From Acidimicrobiia bacterium (GTDB taxonomy: Bacteria > Actinomycetota > Acidimicrobiia > Acidimicrobiales > Bin134), in contig JAJDUJ010000015.1 of NCBI GenBank assembly GCA_022826705.1, forward strand, positions 75,167-139,166: a stretch of DNA of 64,000 nt. Reading direction: 5' to 3'. The first letter of the stretch is position 1, and every line of letters begins with the position of its first letter. The notes beneath the pieces are model-generated. The model did not search any database. It saw nothing but the letters and a program-made list of their open reading frames with translations, and was not told where the DNA came from. Made by a program: the position numbers and the translations under genes. Positions 1 through 8,922 of this stretch are shown one piece after another.

Positions 1-1401
1 CATCGACCGGGCGATCCCCGGCGTGGCGATGTTGACCCCCAGAAGCATCAACAGCGCCCCCAACCCGAGCGGAAGCAGGAGCTGGGAGGTGGGGAGGTTG
101 GCCAGCAGGCCGATCAGCATCAGTATCAGCCCCACCCCGCCGGCTGCCGATCCGATGACGAGGGCGCGCCGCCGGTTGAAGGGATCGATCTCGGCCTCGT
201 CGGCCAGCGCCACCATGGGCGTCACCCGGCGGGCCCGCATGGCTGGCCAGATGGCGGTGACCATGGTCACACCGATGCCGATTATCAGCGCGGCCGCAAC
301 GGTCCACCCGCCGATGATGATGTCGATAGCGGGAAGGTGAGCGCCGGCGCTGTTGAGCGCTCCGGCAATGCCAAGAGCCACCAAGATGCCGAGTCCGAAC
401 CCCGCGATGGTGGCCACGATCCCCACGATCAAGGCTTCGACCGCCACGACTTGGGCGACTTGGCGCCGCTCGGCGCCCAGCACCCGCAGCAGGCCCAATT
501 CTCTTATGCGCTGCCCCATGACCAGGGTGAACGTGTTGTAAGTGATGAACGCCGAGATGATCAAAACGATCACCGCGAAGGCCAGCAAGAGGTTCTGGAT
601 GCGGTCGATGTTTCCGGCAAACTCCGCGTTGCTCTCATCGATGTTGTCCTGCTGGGAGATCACCTCGATATCGGGGCCCACGCGGGCCCTGATGGCCGCG
701 GCCACCTCCTCGTACGATGCTCCCGGTGACAGCTTCCCGTGGATATGGTCGTAGCCGCCGCCATCGTGCAAGAGCCGAAGGGCGGTGGGCATGTCCCACG
801 TCACGGTCTGAAGCGCTATCCGGGTCTCAGGGTCGAGGAAGTACAAGTATCCGACCAGCTCGTAATCGTCGGTACCGCCAGGGGTGGCCACCTTGTAGCG
901 CTGGCCTATGACGAAGTTGTTCTCCCGGCCGGTGAAATGGTCGATGGCGAATTCGTCGGGCCCGACGGGCCGGCGGCTGATGCCGTCGTCGTAGACATAG
1001 ACCGTGCTCAGCGACTCGACTTCCGGCCAGCCGTATCCGATTTGTCGTCCTACCCCGGGGTCCAAGGCGTTGCCTTCGCCGTCGATGGCCACGACGTTGT
1101 ATTCCTGCGCCAATCCCGCCACCGCTTCTACTCCGTCGATCGACGTGAGCTCTTCGCTCAGCGACACAGGAACCAGTGGCACGCCCTCGTTGCGGTCGCC
1201 GACGTCGGAGGCGGCGCGCACGGTGAAGTCGAACTTTTCGTAAATCTGGCCCGACAGATCGTTGAGAGAGGCCCGGAGACCGTCGGTGGCGATCAGCACG
1301 CCGGTGGTGAGGGCCACACCGATGATCACCGCCAAGGTGGTGAGCGCGAACCGGACCTTGACGCCGGCGATGCTTCGGAGGCTGTATCGCAGGAGAGTCA
1401 T
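1..1401 (-). CDS. ABC transporter permease, FtsX/MacB-type (partial; C-terminus lies beyond the window edge)
   Basis: Manual minus-strand translation from ATG at 1401-1399 gives MTLLRYSLRSIAGVKVRFALTTLAVIIGVALTTG... The frame appeared open by eye down to nt 1 (1401 nt = 467 codons; not every codon checked). It contains an FtsX-type segment, LRVLGAERRQVAQVVAVEALIVGIVATIAGFGLG. It is absent from the ORF track because its stop is outside the window. It lies 55 nt downstream of the ABC ATPase gene on the same strand. Confidence 0.8.
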   Translation of the reverse strand, partial: MTLLRYSLRSIAGVKVRFALTTLAVIIGVALTTGVLIATDGLRASLNDLSGQIYEKFDFTVRAASDVGDRNEGVPLVPVSLSEELTSIDGVEAVAGLAQEYNVVAIDGEGNALDPGVGRQIGYGWPEVESLSTVYVYDDGISRRPVGPDEFAIDHFTGRENNFVIGQRYKVATPGGTDDYELVGYLYFLDPETRIALQTVTWDMPTALRLLHDGGGYDHIHGKLSPGASYEEVAAAIRARVGPDIEVISQQDNIDESNAEFAGNIDRIQNLLLAFAVIVLIISAFITYNTFTLVMGQRIRELGLLRVLGAERRQVAQVVAVEALIVGIVATIAGFGLGILVALGIAGALNSAGAHLPAIDIIIGGWTVAAALIIGIGVTMVTAIWPAMRARRVTPMVALADEAEIDPFNRRRALVIGSAAGGVGLILMLIGLLANLPTSQLLLPLGLGALLMLLGVNIATPGIARSM

Positions 1402-1456
1402 TGGCCGATTACCTGATCATGAACTTCGAGGTCGGGCTACCTAGCTGCGCCCAAAC

Positions 1457-2287
1457 TCAGTCGTCCAGATCCTTCATGTATTCCAAGACCTCTTCCATAG
1501 TGGCCCCCTCTGGTATGCCCTTGACGAACTGGCCCACTTGCAGAATCTTCATGTAGTCGAGAATCTGATCGGCGGTGGGGTTGAGCATCTCGCCCTGGAG
1601 CAGGCCGTCGGCCAAGAACACTGTCCGGTCGGCGAAGGATGCCGCTTTGGCGTCGTGGGTGACCATGACGATGGTTTGCCCTAGATCATCCACCGCTTCG
1701 CGCATGAACTTCAGCACGTCATTGCCCGATCGGGAGTCGAGGTTGCCGGTGGGCTCGTCGGCAAAGATGATCTCCGGCTGGCTGGCCAGCGCCCTCGACA
1801 CGGCCACCCGCTGTTGCTGACCTCCCGAAAGCTCGTTGGGCCGGTGGCTGAGTCGATCACCCAATCCCACAGTGGTGATCACACTGTCGACCCACTCCTG
1901 ATCGGGCTCGCGCCGGGCTAGATCCATGGGCAGGGTGATGTTCTCGATTGCGTTCAAGGTGGGTACCAGGTTAAACGCCTGGAAGATGAACCCCAGCCGA
2001 TCGCGGCGCAGCAAGGTGAGCTCTTTGTCGTTGAGGGTGCTCAGGTCGGTGTCGCCGATAAATGCCTGGCCCTCGGTGAGGTTGTCGAGCGCGGCCATAC
2101 AGTGCATGAGGGTGGACTTGCCCGAGCCCGACGGGCCCATGATGGCAGTGAACTTGCCCTTCTCGAAGGTGATGTCCACCCCGTCGAGGGCTCGAACCTC
2201 GGTCTCGCCCGACCCGTAGATCTTAACCGCGCTTACCGCACGGGCGGCGGCCATGGTGTCGGTGGCCAGCGTGGACGCGTCACTCAT
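1457..2287 (-). CDS. ABC transporter ATP-binding protein (MacB/LolD-like)
   Basis: 276-aa ORF with Walker A GPSGSGKST, ABC signature LSGGQQQRV and Walker B IIFADEPTGNLD. It sits directly upstream of the FtsX-type permease. Confidence 0.93.
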   Translation of the reverse strand: MSDASTLATDTMAAARAVSAVKIYGSGETEVRALDGVDITFEKGKFTAIMGPSGSGKSTLMHCMAALDNLTEGQAFIGDTDLSTLNDKELTLLRRDRLGFIFQAFNLVPTLNAIENITLPMDLARREPDQEWVDSVITTVGLGDRLSHRPNELSGGQQQRVAVSRALASQPEIIFADEPTGNLDSRSGNDVLKFMREAVDDLGQTIVMVTHDAKAASFADRTVFLADGLLQGEMLNPTADQILDYMKILQVGQFVKGIPEGATMEEVLEYMKDLDD

Positions 2288-2333
2288 GTAGATAGCCCTT
2301 CGTTGACGTGAGCCGGACTTTTGTCGGCGGAAA

Positions 2334-2963
2334 TTATGGCTGGGAGACTACACGAAGGTAGGGCTTTTGCTCGTCCCAGCCGTCCGGGAACAGCTCCGCG
2401 GCCTCTTCATTGGAAAGGGCGGGAACGATGATCACGTCGTCGCCGTGCTGCCAGTTCACCGGGGTGGCCACCTTCTTGGAGGCGGTGAGCTGGAGCGAGT
2501 CGATTACCCGCAGCACCTCGTCGAAGTTGCGCCCCGTGCTGGCCGGATAGGTGATGGTGAGCTTGACCGTGTTGTCGGGGCCGATCACGAACACCGAGCG
2601 CACCGTCATGGTGTCGCTGGCGTTGGGGTGGATCATGTCGTAGAGGTCGGCCACGGCGCGGTCGGCGTCGCCGATCATCGGGAAGTTGGGACGGATGCCC
2701 TGAGTGTCCTCGATGTCCTGCGACCAGGCCACATGGTCTTCCACCGAGTCGCACGACAGGCCGATCACCTTCACATTTCGGGCTGCGAACTCTTCGGCCA
2801 GTTGGGCGGTGTAGCCAAGCTCGGTGGTACACACTGGGGTGAAGTCCTTGGGATGGGAGAACAGAACCGCCCAAGAGTCCCCTTTCCACTCGTGGAAGGA
2901 GATGGTTCCCTCAGTGGTCTCGGCAGTGAAATCGGGGGCGGCATCCCCAAGTCGAATAGCCAT
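2334..2963 (-). CDS. 1-Cys peroxiredoxin (Prx6-like)
   Basis: Track ORF 2334..3026 trimmed to the ATG at 2963, which is preceded by AAGGAG with a 6-nt spacer. MAIRLGDAAPDFTAETTEGTISFHEWKGDSWAVLFSHPKDFTPVCTTELG contains the PVCTTE peroxidatic-Cys motif. Confidence 0.9.
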   Translation of the reverse strand: MAIRLGDAAPDFTAETTEGTISFHEWKGDSWAVLFSHPKDFTPVCTTELGYTAQLAEEFAARNVKVIGLSCDSVEDHVAWSQDIEDTQGIRPNFPMIGDADRAVADLYDMIHPNASDTMTVRSVFVIGPDNTVKLTITYPASTGRNFDEVLRVIDSLQLTASKKVATPVNWQHGDDVIIVPALSNEEAAELFPDGWDEQKPYLRVVSQP

Positions 2964-3067
2964 GTTCAGCTCCTTTTGTGCGGCAGTTGATGAAAGAAGT
3001 CTGCCCACCCTACTCCGCTGAGGCAATACCTGACTAAAGAGGTCTGGATTGATGTCGCGGCTTGTCT

Positions 3068-4003
3068 CTACTCCGCGTCTTCGGGGGTGCCGCGCCGGCG
3101 TAGAAGGCGGCGGATGCGACCGCCTTCAAGGTCCTCGGTGGTGTCTTCGGGCACGCCGACCGCAACCTCAAGGGCATCCTCGGGATGGTCTTCCAAGTCG
3201 AAGGCGGACCCTGAGTCATCTCGCACCATGATCGGGACCTCGAAATCGGGCTCGTCTTCTTCTGGCTCGTCGGTTTCGACCAGTGCCGTCTCCAGTGCCG
3301 TTCGTATCTCCTCCAGTTCGAATTCGGCGGTGGACATAACCGCTCGCAGGTTGCTCATGGGCTCTTCGGAGAATTGGCGCAGCCGCTCGATCCACTCGTC
3401 CCGATACTGCACGTAGATGAGGTGCTGGCGACGGGCGGTGGCGTAGTCGCTTTTGATCACCGCGAACACCGCCGCCTCCCCGGCCACGTGCATGGCGCTC
3501 AGCTCGGCCCTCATGACCGGCGAAGGATGGCTGGCGATGGCCTCCCGCATCTTCGGGGCCAGTTCTTCATGGCCGGCCAAGAGTTCGTCACGATTGTCCA
3601 TATCGACCTGGAGGCCCGAGGCATTGATTTCGCCCAGCACTTTCTGGTGATTCTCGATCCAGGCCGAGACCGTCTGGTTGTGGTGCCGGTGCCATTCGGC
3701 CAGGCCCTCATGGTCGGGCCGAGAGGTGTCCACTGCGTGTGGCACCTCGTCTGTGGTGTCACCTACCAGCTCAAGTTTCGGTTTCCCGTTGGAGGCCTCT
3801 GATTCGACCTCGGAATCGGAGAAATCAAGCTCGCCGTCGAAAGGGACCGGCCCCTCTTCTGAGGCGGCCTGGCTTGCCTCCGGGACCGGGCCCGGGAAGA
3901 TATCCCACAGGGCCCGTTTCTTGCGGGTAGCCATGGCCACGATGCCGGCCAGCAGACCGCACCCCAAGATGATGATCGCGGGAATGGCGAGCCCGGCGTT
4001 CAC
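3068..4003 (-). CDS. hypothetical membrane-anchored protein with acidic C-terminal region
   Basis: Track ORF 3068..4246 trimmed to the GTG at 4003. High third-position GC begins only there (GTG AAC GCC GGG CTC GCC ...). The N-terminal TM helix is AGLAIPAIIILGCGLLAGIVAMA followed by RKKR. The rest is Glu/Asp-rich and I recognise no family. The start is uncertain because there is no clear RBS. Confidence 0.5.
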   Translation of the reverse strand: MNAGLAIPAIIILGCGLLAGIVAMATRKKRALWDIFPGPVPEASQAASEEGPVPFDGELDFSDSEVESEASNGKPKLELVGDTTDEVPHAVDTSRPDHEGLAEWHRHHNQTVSAWIENHQKVLGEINASGLQVDMDNRDELLAGHEELAPKMREAIASHPSPVMRAELSAMHVAGEAAVFAVIKSDYATARRQHLIYVQYRDEWIERLRQFSEEPMSNLRAVMSTAEFELEEIRTALETALVETDEPEEDEPDFEVPIMVRDDSGSAFDLEDHPEDALEVAVGVPEDTTEDLEGGRIRRLLRRRGTPEDAE

Positions 4004-4037
4004 GAGAAGACAATCGCGGGAAGGACAACCCTGACGT

Positions 4038-4178
4038 TCACGACTCGCCGACCGTGCTGGCAGCCAGCACGCGGACATTGGCGGTCGGGGCCGGAGTGGT
4101 GGCGGTGTGCTGGCGGCACGACCAACAGGTGTCGCGCGCCGTGCCCCACCATGTGACATCGCAGCGTGGACACCACAT
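4038..4178 (-). CDS. small zinc-ribbon protein (CxxC-x11-CxxC), about 46 aa
   Basis: In the frame of the 68-aa track ORF 4038..4244: MWCPRCDVTWWGTARDTCWSCRQHTATTPAPTANVRVLAASTVGES. Third-position GC is high in this frame. The overlapping frame of the 392-aa ORF is Arg/Pro/Ala-rich, which looks like off-frame translation. The start could instead be one of the upstream ATGs at 4244 or 4235. Confidence 0.4.
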   Translation of the reverse strand: MWCPRCDVTWWGTARDTCWSCRQHTATTPAPTANVRVLAASTVGES

Positions 4179-4260
4179 GGTGGCTTTGCGCCGCGCTCTC
4201 GGCGCAAATAACCAGGCGCGAGCCGGAACGGCCATATGGCCCACACTAGAAGCGCGGTTA

Positions 4261-4313
4261 GCGCAAGTTGTGGATATCCGCCATGAGGGTGTGGTCAGCC
4301 CAAGTTGTGGATA
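4261..4313. promoter_or_regulatory. pair of 13-bp direct repeats CAAGTTGTGGATA containing DnaA-box-like 9-mers
   Basis: Copy 1 is at 4264-4276 and copy 2 at 4301-4313, a 37-bp period. Copy 2 reads TGTGGATAA (4306-4314), the exact reverse complement of TTATCCACA. Copy 1 reads TGTGGATAT, an 8/9 match. The pair lies in the 74-bp gap between the LysM gene stop and the zinc-ribbon/TM genes. Confidence 0.45.
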
Positions 4314-4320
4314 ACTGTCG

Positions 4321-4866
4321 CTATGGAGCGGGCTCTTCCTCGTCGGGGGGGATGATCAACGCTTGGCCGATCTGGATCAGTTCGGCCGCGACGATGTTGT
4401 TGGCTTCGGTGATCTCATCCAGCGTCTTGCCGTACTGGAGGGCGATCCCCAGCAGTGTGTCGCCTTGGACAACGATATGGGTGCGCTCGCCGGGGCGGAC
4501 GGTGCCGTCGCTGTTGAGAACGACCGGCGCGTCTTGGGGGATTTCGATCTCTTGGCCGATGCTCAAGACGTTGGGGTTCTCCAACTCGTTGATCGCGTCG
4601 ATCTCCTGCCAGGTGATGCCGAACTCGTCGGCGATGCTGCCCAGCGTGTCGCCCTCTCGAACCACGTATATGAATGCCTCGGGGGTTGAGGTTGGCGTAG
4701 GGGTGGAGGGCGGAGTCGGAACAACGACCTGAGCGGTGGGAGGGGCCAACTCGTCGGAGTCCGCGCCGAGCGGGCGATCCTCCGAAGTCGTTCCCCCTCC
4801 GCCGCCGCAGGCCGCGCCCAACACGGCCAACATCAGCACCATCAAGAACAATTGGGCCCGGCGCAT
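4321..4866 (-). CDS. secreted lipoprotein with two LysM peptidoglycan-binding domains
   Basis: Track ORF trimmed to the ATG at 4866. Signal peptide plus lipobox-like Cys: MRRAQLFLMVLMLAVLGAACGGGG. Two LysM repeats: YVVREGDTLGSIADEFGITWQEIDAINEL...IGQEIEIP and HIVVQGDTLLGIALQYGKTLDEITEANNI...IGQALIIP. Confidence 0.85.
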   Translation of the reverse strand: MRRAQLFLMVLMLAVLGAACGGGGGTTSEDRPLGADSDELAPPTAQVVVPTPPSTPTPTSTPEAFIYVVREGDTLGSIADEFGITWQEIDAINELENPNVLSIGQEIEIPQDAPVVLNSDGTVRPGERTHIVVQGDTLLGIALQYGKTLDEITEANNIVAAELIQIGQALIIPPDEEEPAP

Positions 4867-5009
4867 GGCGACACCTCCTCTGAACCAGTGGCCCTCAACA
4901 ATACGCAACGCGCTCCCAAACCTAAAAAAGAGGGATCACCGTCGTGTACTGAGAACTGCGAAGGACTGTGGATGACCGCCCACTGGACGGGTGCTGACAA
5001 CATGGAGGA

Positions 5010-6023
5010 GTGTCCACTTTCGGCATCCTGGTAAACCCGCGATCGGGCAGCGATGTGCGGCGTCTCCTCACTAGTGCAGGCTCCTCCACCATCGAGGACA
5101 AAGTGAGCATTCTGCGCCGCCTCATACACGGTGCGGTGGAAACAGGTGCCGAGCAGGTGGTGCTGACCCGGGATCCGTTCTCCATCTCCCGTCGGGCAAC
5201 CGAGAACCTCCAGCTGCCTTTGAAGGTGGAGTTTCTCGACCTGCCCCTGCACCACAACGAACGTGATTCGGTGGACGCGGCTCAGGCCATGCGAGACGCG
5301 GGGTGCGGCTCGGTGATCAGCTTGGGCGGCGACGGTACCAATCGGGCGCTGGCTCTGGGATGGCCCGACGTCCCGCTGATTCCGGTTTCCACCGGTACCA
5401 ACAACGCCTTTCCCGTCCACGTTGAGCCCACCGTGGCCGGTATGGCCGCGGGACTCATCGCCACCGGAGCAGTGGACCTCGACGCCCACTCGTCTCGGGC
5501 CAAGGTGGTGGCGGTGGAGGTTAACGGTGGCGGCTCCGACACCGAAACCGACATGGCCCTCGTCGATGCCATTGCAGTGGATGACCCCTATGTGGGTTCT
5601 CTGGAGCTGTTCGACCCGGAAACCATGATGCTCGGCGTACTGACCCGCGCCGACCCAGCCGCCATCGGCTTCAGCGGCTTGGCAGGCACGGTGTTGCCCT
5701 GCACCCCTGATGAAGAAAGGGGAGTGGTGCTGGAGTTCATGCCCCCGAGCCAGAATCCGGCTCGGCTAGTGCGGGGGGCGCTGGCACCGGGGTGGTTCGC
5801 GTCGGTTGGCTTGGCCCGAAGCCGGTATCTGGAACTCGACGTCTCTGTGGAAGTGGCCGGGCCATGTCTGCTGGCCTTCGACGGAGAGCGCAGCCGCCGC
5901 CTGCACTCCAGCCAGACCGCTTCGCTGCGGGTGGTGCGTGGTGGGCCCCGGGTGATCGATGTGGGCTCGGTGGTGCTCTCCGGTGCTCGAACGGGCAAGT
6001 TCGAAATCCGCGTGGGAGACTGA
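5010..6023 (+). CDS. ATP-NAD kinase / diacylglycerol-kinase-fold family protein (AcoX-like)
   Basis: GTG start at 5010 directly after GGAGGAG. N-terminus FGILVNPRSGS and a GGDGT motif (SLGGDGTNRA) are typical of the NAD-kinase/DAGK catalytic fold. Confidence 0.75.
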   Translation: MSTFGILVNPRSGSDVRRLLTSAGSSTIEDKVSILRRLIHGAVETGAEQVVLTRDPFSISRRATENLQLPLKVEFLDLPLHHNERDSVDAAQAMRDAGCGSVISLGGDGTNRALALGWPDVPLIPVSTGTNNAFPVHVEPTVAGMAAGLIATGAVDLDAHSSRAKVVAVEVNGGGSDTETDMALVDAIAVDDPYVGSLELFDPETMMLGVLTRADPAAIGFSGLAGTVLPCTPDEERGVVLEFMPPSQNPARLVRGALAPGWFASVGLARSRYLELDVSVEVAGPCLLAFDGERSRRLHSSQTASLRVVRGGPRVIDVGSVVLSGARTGKFEIRVGD

Positions 6024-6028
6024 GACGC

Positions 6029-7696
6029 ATGAGTGCAGACGTAGTAATTCGCGGGGGAACTGTGGTGGACGGCTCAGGAGAGCCAGGACGGGAGGCCGAT
6101 GTCGCCATCACCGGGGACCGCATTAGCGAGATCGGTTCGGGGCTGTCGGGCAAGGTCGAACTGGATGCCAGCGGCCAGGTGGTGGCTCCCGGCTTCATCG
6201 ACATCCACACCCATTACGACGCCCAGGTGTTCTGGGATCCGGCGCTCAGCCCCTCGTGCTACCACGGGGTGACCTCGGTGATCGCGGGCAACTGCGGCTT
6301 CTCCATCGCCCCCACCCGGTCCCGCCACCAGGATCTCATCGCCCGCACCCTCGAGAACGTCGAGGACATGAACGTAGACAGCCTGGCCGAGGGCATCCCC
6401 TGGGACTTTGAGACGTTCCCTGAGTATCTGGACTCCATTTCTCGCCGGGGCATTGCCCTCAACTTCGGGGCCTACATCGGCCACACCGCTTTGCGGCTGT
6501 TTGTGGTGGGCGACGAGGCCTACGAGCGGGCGTCAACCGATGAGGAAGTGGCCCGCATGGTGGAGGTGGTGGCTGAGGCCATCGACGCCGGAGCGGCCGG
6601 GCTGGCCACCAGCTTTGCCATGACCCACCGCGGGGCCGATGGACTGCCCATCCCCAGTCGATTCGCCACCCGGGACGAGTTCGAAGCGCTCATCGGCGTG
6701 CTCGGCCAAAAGCGCCGGGGCGTGGTTTCGATTGCCCCCGGCGAGCAGGTGGGCATCGACGACATGTACGCGTTGCAGCCCCAGGTGGGCGTGCCGTTCA
6801 CCTACGGCGCCCTTCTGACCTTCCCCAATGGGAACCACGAGAAGAGCGCGGCCAAGAACCGGGAGGCGTGGGAAAAGGGAATTCAGGTGTGGCCCCAGGT
6901 CACTCCTCGCCCGCTCACTTTCCAGATGGTGATGACCGATCCGTTCACCCTCAACGTGAACCCCGAGTTCGCCGCGCTGATGAGCGAGGACCACGACGCC
7001 CGGCTCAAGGCCTACGACGATGAGGACTGGCGCAACCGGACGGCGGAGGCCTTCAAGCACCAGAAAGCCATGGTTCCCCGGTGGGAGACTTTCCAGATCG
7101 CTGAGACGGCTTCTCGCCCGGAACTGGTCGGGCGACGGCTCACCGACGTAGCCGAAGAGCTGGGAGTGCGCCCCCTCGACGTGCTTCTCGACACCGCGGT
7201 ATCCGACGACCTGGCCACTCGGATCAGCTGCATCATCGCCAACGACGACCCCGACGGGGTGGCCATGCTGTTGCAGCAGGACGGCTGCACGCTGGGCCTG
7301 TCCGACGCCGGCGCCCATGTGGGCCAGTTGTGCGATGCACCGCAGGCCACCGACTTCTTGGGCAATTGGGTGCGTGACCGCGAGCTCATGCCCATGGAGA
7401 AGGCGGTGAGGAAGCTCTCCGCAGTGCAGGCCGACTTGTTCAACCTGGTGGACCGGGGCTATCTGCGGGAGGGGGCCTATGCCGATGTGGTGGTGTTCGA
7501 CCCCGACACGGTGGCGCCCGGGCCACTGCGCCGGGTGCGGGACTTCCCCGCCAACGCCGAGCGGCTCACCGCCGACGCCTCCGTGGGCATCACCCACGTG
7601 CTGGTGAACGGCACCCCCATCCGCCGCGATGGCGAGGTTGACGAGAGCGGCGTAGGCGCCCATCCCGGCGACATCCTGCGCCCCTCCGCCCGCTAG
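6029..7696 (+). CDS. N-acyl-D-amino-acid deacylase (D-aminoacylase) family amidohydrolase
   Basis: Track ORF 5792..7696 trimmed to the ATG at 6029, 5 nt after the upstream stop. MSADVVIRGGTVVDGSGEPGREADVAITGDRISEIG...APGFIDIHTHYD matches the metal-dependent amidohydrolase HxH motif and D-aminoacylase architecture. Confidence 0.85.
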   Translation: MSADVVIRGGTVVDGSGEPGREADVAITGDRISEIGSGLSGKVELDASGQVVAPGFIDIHTHYDAQVFWDPALSPSCYHGVTSVIAGNCGFSIAPTRSRHQDLIARTLENVEDMNVDSLAEGIPWDFETFPEYLDSISRRGIALNFGAYIGHTALRLFVVGDEAYERASTDEEVARMVEVVAEAIDAGAAGLATSFAMTHRGADGLPIPSRFATRDEFEALIGVLGQKRRGVVSIAPGEQVGIDDMYALQPQVGVPFTYGALLTFPNGNHEKSAAKNREAWEKGIQVWPQVTPRPLTFQMVMTDPFTLNVNPEFAALMSEDHDARLKAYDDEDWRNRTAEAFKHQKAMVPRWETFQIAETASRPELVGRRLTDVAEELGVRPLDVLLDTAVSDDLATRISCIIANDDPDGVAMLLQQDGCTLGLSDAGAHVGQLCDAPQATDFLGNWVRDRELMPMEKAVRKLSAVQADLFNLVDRGYLREGAYADVVVFDPDTVAPGPLRRVRDFPANAERLTADASVGITHVLVNGTPIRRDGEVDESGVGAHPGDILRPSAR

Positions 7697-7823
7697 GCAC
7701 AACCAAGCGTTTCCGCAGAATTCGCCAAAGTCCTCTGGCGCGCTCCAGGGGAGTGAGCCTAAGCTGAGGTTGAACGCAAGAGCGACAGCGTGGTCGTTCC
7801 CACATGATGACGAGGAGATCGCC

Positions 7824-8243
7824 ATGGGGGAAAACACAGACTGGCGCATTGAGTTGAACCGGGCCGGAGTTGGCCTGCAAGCGCTCTTGTCCGAGGGCAT
7901 GCCCGCCGACAATCTCGACGAGTGGGTGCAGCGCCTAGAGGACCAACTCGGAGAACTCAGCCGGGCGCTTACCGGATTTTGCTCGGACTGCGACCTCGGG
8001 CTTTTCGATGACTGCATCGAGCTGGCCCCTCGGCTGGTGCCCCAAGTGAACAAGATCCGCACCGAGCAGGTTCAGCTTCAGGCCTCGGTGCAGGAGCAAA
8101 TCCACCGACTGCACACCCAAAAGCCGGACTCAACATTGGAACGGTCGATGGCCGACATCGTCCACCGGGTGGACCAGCTCAACCACCACGCGGTCGACGT
8201 GGTGTACAGCGCATACGACACCGACCTCGGCGGTCCCGGCTGA
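7824..8243 (+). CDS. hypothetical protein
   Basis: Track ORF trimmed to the ATG at 7824, preceded by GAGGAG. The protein is helical and acidic. No family recognised. Confidence 0.5.
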   Translation: MGENTDWRIELNRAGVGLQALLSEGMPADNLDEWVQRLEDQLGELSRALTGFCSDCDLGLFDDCIELAPRLVPQVNKIRTEQVQLQASVQEQIHRLHTQKPDSTLERSMADIVHRVDQLNHHAVDVVYSAYDTDLGGPG

Positions 8244-8264
8244 TCCTTCCCCCGTCGGGTTCGC

Positions 8265-8888
8265 TCAGAGCTCTCCGAACTGACGGTCGCCCGCGTCTCC
8301 CAAGCCGGGCACGATGTAGGCCCGATCGTTGAGCCCCTCGTCGACTGACGCGGTGAACAGGCGCACGCCAGGGGCGGCGGCTTCTAGTGCCTTCACCCCC
8401 TCAGGGGCGGCCAGCACGCACACTGCGGTGATCTGTCCGGCGCCGGCGGCGGCCATCCGCCCGCACACGTAGGCCAGCGACCCTCCGGTGGCCAGCATCG
8501 GCTCTAATACCAGCACGGCCTGACCGCGGAGATCGTCGGGCACGGTGTTGAGATAGGGCTCGGGCTGGAACGTCTCCTCGTTGCGGCGCACGCCCAGAAA
8601 ACCCACGGCCGCCTCCGGCAACAGCTTGCGAGCGGCTTCGAGCATTCCCAGCCCGGCTCGCAGCACCGGCACCAGCAGTGGGGGGTCGTCGATTCGGATT
8701 CCAGATGTCGGCGCCAGCGGCGTGTCGACTCTGACCACGGCGGCAGGAAGATCCCGCAGGGCTTCGTAGACCAACAGCCCGCTCAGCTCATCTAGGGCCC
8801 GCCGGAACTCCGGTGAGGGGGTGTCGGCCCCGCGTAGGGCGGTCAGGCGGGCCTGCGCCAGCGGGTGATCGACAACCGAAACCTCCAT
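8265..8888 (-). CDS. upp: uracil phosphoribosyltransferase
   Basis: 207 aa. [39 protein letters not shown]... and the PRPP loop [13 protein letters not shown] plus C-terminal [15 protein letters not shown] are classic Upp features. Confidence 0.93.
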   Translation of the reverse strand: MEVSVVDHPLAQARLTALRGADTPSPEFRRALDELSGLLVYEALRDLPAAVVRVDTPLAPTSGIRIDDPPLLVPVLRAGLGMLEAARKLLPEAAVGFLGVRRNEETFQPEPYLNTVPDDLRGQAVLVLEPMLATGGSLAYVCGRMAAAGAGQITAVCVLAAPEGVKALEAAAPGVRLFTASVDEGLNDRAYIVPGLGDAGDRQFGEL

Positions 8889-8922
8889 AGCCTCACCTTA
8901 GGCATTCATCACGGGTGACTGG

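Noticed and set aside
4261-4313. DnaA-box pair interpreted as a chromosomal origin (oriC)
   Set aside because: There are only two boxes. There is no dnaA/dnaN/rpmH/parAB neighbourhood, no AT-rich unwinding element and no box cluster. I kept it only as a possible operator.
4867-5009. Possible c-di-AMP (ydaO-type) riboswitch in the 143-nt leader of the LysM lipoprotein gene
   Set aside because: The genomic context is suggestive, because actinobacterial cell-wall/LysM genes often carry one. However, reading the minus-strand leader I could not find the conserved ydaO sequence blocks or pseudo-two-fold helices. This needs a covariance-model scan before any claim.
6533-8062. Long antisense or alternative-frame ORFs, e.g. 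6533..8062(-) at 509 aa. The same judgement applies to 9827..11077(-), 19978..21753(+), 30191..31348(-), 36143..37210(-), 48904..49962(-) and 60601..61986(+).
   Set aside because: Each lies opposite, or out of frame to, a gene with clear family motifs. Each translates to Arg/Pro/Gly/His-rich low-complexity sequence. I regard them as shadow ORFs, not genes.
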